Below are positions 60,101-64,000 of a stretch of DNA of 64,000 nt, piece after piece. Position numbers and translations under genes: made by a program. The notes below the pieces were generated by a model, which saw only the letters and a list, made by a program, of their open reading frames with translations, did not search any database and was not told the origin of the DNA. Each line of letters begins with the position of its first letter. The stretch's first letter is position 1. Source of the DNA: a virus; IMG/VR virus record IMGVR_UViG_3300045988_183115; one strand, 5' to 3'.

Positions 60101-60622
60101 ATGATTATAACTATATTAGTAAATGTAGTCTTTGTTGTTTCATTGATTATGCTTAGTTTTTATTTTGTGACTGCAAACATATACGATATGACTCTTATAG
60201 ATAAGGCATTTATGTCTTTACTTATGGGAGCATTGCCAGCGCTTGTTAATATAAGCTTTAAAAATTTTATAGCTATTGTGATAGCCTTATTAATCAGTGT
60301 AATGGCTCTTGTATGGATAGCTTTTACAAAATTTTTTGAAAAAGAACATGAAAAAGAACTTCTTTATGATTGTTTGCTTGATGATATATCACAGGATGAT
60401 TTAAAGAAATTCAGACATATGAGCCGTAATGAACAGATTGCTTTTCTAAAGGCTGTTATTACAACTGTAGAATCAACGGAAAAGGAAGAGTCCACTGATG
60501 GGAACGGTAATAAGGTTATTACAACCAAGACAGTAATACAGCGAATACCTTTAATTGAGAATGATGAAGAATTAGCAGAGTATGAACCAATCCTTAGAAA
60601 GGAGAGAAATAATGACATTTAA
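60101..60622 (+). CDS. hypothetical membrane protein
   Basis: 173-aa ORF with GGAAAGAGAAAG RBS. Three N-terminal TM helices. Confidence 0.55.
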   Translation: MIITILVNVVFVVSLIMLSFYFVTANIYDMTLIDKAFMSLLMGALPALVNISFKNFIAIVIALLISVMALVWIAFTKFFEKEHEKELLYDCLLDDISQDDLKKFRHMSRNEQIAFLKAVITTVESTEKEESTDGNGNKVITTKTVIQRIPLIENDEELAEYEPILRKERNNDI

Positions 60623-60887
60623 AGAAGCAAGGAAAGAGGCAAGAGAAATAGCACAGCGAACCGGATATTGGGGATATATTTTTAAAGATAAATCCGGGGA
60701 ATGGTTTACATCAGACTGTAATAATTTTACTTCTGATAATTCATTCTATGTAAATAAGGCCGGTAAGATCCTTAACATGCAAAAATATGAGAAGATAAAA
60801 AAGAAGTTTGATAAGCAGGGGATAAGAGGACTGTGTTTATTTTCGCCCGAATTAATGAAATATATTGAACAGCATGGCGGTTATTAA
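60612..60887 (+). CDS. hypothetical protein
   Basis: ATG at 60612 follows AAGGAGAGAAA and overlaps the upstream gene end. Confidence 0.5.
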   Translation: MTFKEARKEAREIAQRTGYWGYIFKDKSGEWFTSDCNNFTSDNSFYVNKAGKILNMQKYEKIKKKFDKQGIRGLCLFSPELMKYIEQHGGY

Positions 60888-61017
60888 AAATATGATAAAA
60901 AAATTATAATATATAATGATTTTTCTTTAATTTAAGTTAATACATTTACACTACTTAAATATAAAATAGTGTGGATTTTACACTATTTAGATAGAAGATA
61001 ATAAATGGGGGCTATTT

Positions 61018-61308
61018 ATGAAGATTATTATACTTTCGTTTATTGTAACTTTTATGGTAATAATGCTATTTAAATCAACTATTGATTTAATTGACAGAGT
61101 AAAAGAGAAGTCATTTCTATATAGTCTTATTGAGCAATGCACTGATTGCAGCCATGATGAGATTATTACCTTTAAGAAGCAGTTATCAAGGGAAGAACAG
61201 ATAACATTTTTAAAGTCACTTAAGTATAAGAAATCTTATAAGGATGGATTTCTTATTACAGAAGAGACAGATTTTAAGGTATATAAACCAATACTAAAAA
61301 GGAGATAA
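61018..61308 (+). CDS. hypothetical membrane-anchored protein
   Basis: 96-aa ORF with GGGGG RBS and an N-terminal TM helix. Shares the theme ...HMSRNEQIAFLKAV / ...QLSREEQITFLKSL with the C-terminus of 60101..60622. Confidence 0.5.
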   Translation: MKIIILSFIVTFMVIMLFKSTIDLIDRVKEKSFLYSLIEQCTDCSHDEIITFKKQLSREEQITFLKSLKYKKSYKDGFLITEETDFKVYKPILKRR

Positions 61309-61311
61309 ATT

Positions 61312-61986
61312 ATGAAATTTGAGAAAAAGAAATCATTTTGGAAAGTTTTTTTAGATGAGTGTGCAGGAGTAATATTAGCTGGGGCAATTATGATATACAT
61401 TGCCTTATCTGCCATTATAGGAAATTTGATATTGCCATACATAAATAATGGGAAAGAAATAAATCCGTATATAGAAGATGTAAGCAGTAAGTTTACAATA
61501 TTTTTGATAAAAACAGCCATAGGTGCTATATGGCTATTTGGCGTAATTTTCATGCTGTTAATTGCTTTTGCTATTATAAGCTTAATTGTAATAGCAATAA
61601 TAACCGGAATAACACATATAATAGCCGTAAAACGATACACATATTTACCTCTTACAGCAGATGAAGTAAGAGAAGCTATAAATGCAGGATTATTTAAAGA
61701 TACTCCTGAAAGCTATATAGATTATCTTACAAAACAGATGAAGTATTTTGATGGCAGTATAACCTTTTCAATAAATGATATGAAAATGATAATAAAAACA
61801 GTAAAGGAAATATGGGATAAGCCATTTAAGCTTAATAAAGATTATCTTATCAGGAATGAAATAGAAAGTTATGATTATTTCCCATTTAGATTTAGGGATG
61901 ACAGAGATGATTTATTTCAGTTAAAGAAAGGCAAAACAGTAACTTTTGATATGGATGAAGGTTCTTTGATTCAGGATATCAAATAA
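61312..61986 (+). CDS. hypothetical membrane protein
   Basis: 224-aa ORF with AAAGGAGATAAATT RBS and three TM helices. Its 3' end is duplicated as a fragment at 62425..62524. Confidence 0.55.
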   Translation: MKFEKKKSFWKVFLDECAGVILAGAIMIYIALSAIIGNLILPYINNGKEINPYIEDVSSKFTIFLIKTAIGAIWLFGVIFMLLIAFAIISLIVIAIITGITHIIAVKRYTYLPLTADEVREAINAGLFKDTPESYIDYLTKQMKYFDGSITFSINDMKMIIKTVKEIWDKPFKLNKDYLIRNEIESYDYFPFRFRDDRDDLFQLKKGKTVTFDMDEGSLIQDIK

Positions 61987-62001
61987 AAAGGAGCATATAA
62001 G

Positions 62002-62415
62002 ATGAATAGAGATAAAATTTTTAATTTAGTTATATGTTTAACATTTAGTATTACACTTATTTTGATTATAACAGCATTGCAGCTTGGACTTAGATATGAA
62101 ATTAAGGAGTTTTCAAAAGAAACCACAGAAGAAGCCCAGCTTTACAGTATCAGTACAGATAAGGAATATGAAGGCTCATTTGTATTAGGTTCAGGAAGTA
62201 TTGGTTCACAAGAATATATAACTGCTTACCAGATTACAGAAGACGGTGGTAAGAAGTATTTCAAGATGAACAGAGATAAAGTAACAATCTATGATACATT
62301 AAACAATGATGAACAGGCTTATGCAGAGATAAAGAAGACTTCATTAGGAATTAAAGAAATTAAGCTGTACGTTCCTAAAAATACAATAGAAAAGGAAATT
62401 AATCTTAATTTATAG
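62002..62415 (+). CDS. hypothetical membrane-anchored protein
   Basis: 137-aa ORF with AAAGGAGCAT RBS and an N-terminal TM helix. Confidence 0.55.
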   Translation: MNRDKIFNLVICLTFSITLILIITALQLGLRYEIKEFSKETTEEAQLYSISTDKEYEGSFVLGSGSIGSQEYITAYQITEDGGKKYFKMNRDKVTIYDTLNNDEQAYAEIKKTSLGIKEIKLYVPKNTIEKEINLNL

Positions 62416-62424
62416 TAGGGATAA

Positions 62425-62524
62425 ATTTGGGATTGACAGATATGATTTATTTTGCCAGTTAGAGAGAAACAAAACAGTTGCTTTTGATATTGATGGTTGT
62501 TCTTTAATTCAAAATGTCAAATAA
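62425..62524 (+). pseudogene. truncated duplicate of the 3' end of gene 61312..61986
   Basis: About 100 nt align with 61883..61984 at ~80% identity. The final 16 codons (TVAFDIDGCSLIQNVK-stop) are preserved against TVTFDMDEGSLIQDIK-stop. No start codon or upstream ORF. Confidence 0.6.
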
Positions 62525-62620
62525 AGAAAAAGGAAAAATTTTGATACATTTGATGATACTGATATAAAAAATCAAAAAGACAAAATTAATAAAGAATCAT
62601 TAATAGTAGGAGAATAAGGT

Positions 62621-63142
62621 ATGAATTTAAAATTAAAAACACATAACGAATATTTGAATATTAATTTTGATAATGCGACTGATGAAAATATCAATAAATC
62701 TTTATTAAAAAAACGAATAACTAAAATTGTTTTAGCAGGTATTCTTATATGTTTTATTTTAAGTATTATAAGTTTGATTATAAAACTTACATTTATTTCA
62801 ATAATTACATTAATAGGTTTTAGTGTTTTTATATATTTAAGCTTATTTATATTTATCAGTAAAGACATTGATTCTACAGTTATAGGTATTAAAAATTCAG
62901 AATATTGGGATAAAATAATAGCTTTTAAAAAGGTTATTCAAGAAATAGACATGAATAAAGAAGTATATTTTCAAACAGATTTTACAGAACTTGTTTATTT
63001 TAAAAAAAATAGCAGCATATGTTCTGAATATAAGTTACCTTTAAGTGAAATAAAATATTCTGAATCAGATAACTTTGATTTAACTTATGACAAAAATACA
63101 TTAAATATAATTTTGTATGTTCCTATAAAATACATGTATTGA
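62621..63142 (+). CDS. hypothetical membrane protein
   Basis: 173-aa ORF with GGAGAATAAGGT RBS and two TM helices. Confidence 0.55.
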   Translation: MNLKLKTHNEYLNINFDNATDENINKSLLKKRITKIVLAGILICFILSIISLIIKLTFISIITLIGFSVFIYLSLFIFISKDIDSTVIGIKNSEYWDKIIAFKKVIQEIDMNKEVYFQTDFTELVYFKKNSSICSEYKLPLSEIKYSESDNFDLTYDKNTLNIILYVPIKYMY

Positions 63143-63192
63143 AAAAGCAACAAATGATTTTATTCTTAATTCTAAAAGAAAGGATGATAGTT

Positions 63193-63483
63193 ATGACAGA
63201 TAAAGAATTTCATGATTTGAATATTTATAAAAAAGAAATAGAAAAAATGAGTGTTGAAATGGCAAATGCAAAATTTCATAAAGGATATTCTGATGATTCT
63301 GATGGATATAGCTTTGAAGATTCAATAGCTGATTTAGAATTTAAGCGAGATATATTAAGAGGAGTTGATCCTATTGACGCATTATGTGACCTACAAGAGA
63401 AAACGCTTATATATCAATTATTAAATCCTAATTCAAATATTTATGAGCAGGAAGAAATTTTTGATTACAATGAGGATTATTAA
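63193..63483 (+). CDS. hypothetical acidic protein
   Basis: ATG at 63193 follows AAAGGATGA. The ORF track start at 63139 is less likely. Confidence 0.5.
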   Translation: MTDKEFHDLNIYKKEIEKMSVEMANAKFHKGYSDDSDGYSFEDSIADLEFKRDILRGVDPIDALCDLQEKTLIYQLLNPNSNIYEQEEIFDYNEDY

Positions 63484-64000
63484 TTATAGTAAAATAAAAT
63501 CTACAATAGGAGCAAGAACGAATTTCTTCTCAAAGAAAGCAAGAAAAGAACAATCGAAAATATTGAAACTAATGGCTTTGAAGAATATGACATTGAAACT
63601 GAAGAAGAATGGGAAGTTATTAAAAATGAAATTTTAGATATTTATATTGAATGTATTAAGAAGCTAAACCTTTGGAGATCCACTTATACCTTGTACTTAG
63701 CATAATTTTATCAGCTATCCAATATAGTATTAAATTTGCACTTTAGAATTTATATACTGACATACCACATTAAAACTAAATACAATCTGATTCTTGTATA
63801 GAAGATGACGGAATCCATACCCTGTTACATTAAACTGCTAAACACATGTATAGCTCTTAATGTTAACAGGGTATTTTATGTTTTTCTCTGACATTCAGAT
63901 ACTTCTGTTTGGATATCAGATCATATGCTTATTTTTTTACATATGGATTTCCCATCAAACCATAGATTAGTAACTTAAAGCTTCGGCAAGATTACTGATA

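Noticed and set aside
1-64000. Alternative genetic code (stop-codon reassignment as in some large gut phages)
   Set aside because: Long uninterrupted ORFs with recognisable full-length domains are obtained with the standard code. TAA, TAG and TGA all terminate ORFs at positions consistent with protein homology (TAG at 38431, TGA at 29532).

Overview
This window reads as a very AT-rich (~27% GC) mobile genome segment with Firmicute-style AAGGAGG ribosome-binding sites. Almost every gene lies on the + strand; 2522..2920 is the only convincing minus-strand gene. About 37 copies of one promoter-like motif (TTTTTCTGWCATATAT) sit 30-50 bp upstream of start codons, usually just after a rho-independent terminator, and a sigma-70 family factor is encoded at 55214..56242. 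The gene content resembles the early/replication region of a large (jumbo-like) phage or phage-like element, with no capsid, portal, terminase or tail genes in the window. The DNA-metabolism set is RecA, RecJ-like DHH exonuclease, RuvC-like resolvase, two UvrD-family helicases (one fused to a Cas4/RecB-like Fe-S nuclease), a primase-type CHC2 zinc-finger protein, a 5'-3' flap exonuclease, a guanylate-kinase-like protein and a split DnaE. DnaE is in three pieces: a group I intron carrying an HNH homing endonuclease interrupts it once, and a separately transcribed 5.5 kb gene island separates the last two pieces. Putative host-takeover and counter-defence genes include a WGR-PARP-like ADP-ribosyltransferase, an adjacent membrane-anchored HD-GYP phosphodiesterase and GGDEF cyclase, a Lar-like restriction-alleviation protein, a beta-class DNA methyltransferase with an atypical DHPW motif, two CPBP/Abi intramembrane proteases, a flotillin (SPFH) protein, a bifunctional class A PBP and a Pol-beta-type nucleotidyltransferase. 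Mobile elements are an IS200/IS605 copy (tnpA partial plus tnpB, higher GC) at the left edge, and a solo IscB (PLMP-RuvC-HNH) with a structured upstream region consistent with an omega RNA at 58466..59997. A 56-nt element with a perfect CCGACAATAGTCGG hairpin occurs 6 times plus one degenerate copy, always in the same orientation in 5' UTRs or intergenic spacers; its hairpin + GTAGTTCA tail resembles the right end of the IS605 copy. Other non-coding candidates are two promoter-to-terminator units without ORFs (7445..7645, 25505..25908), two iteron-like regions (25546..25812 and 57072..57328, the latter inside a 1.3 kb gene-free stretch), tandem diverged paralogues (40609..42942) and a truncated gene duplicate (62425..62524). 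All functional calls come from motifs read by eye; no database searches were run.
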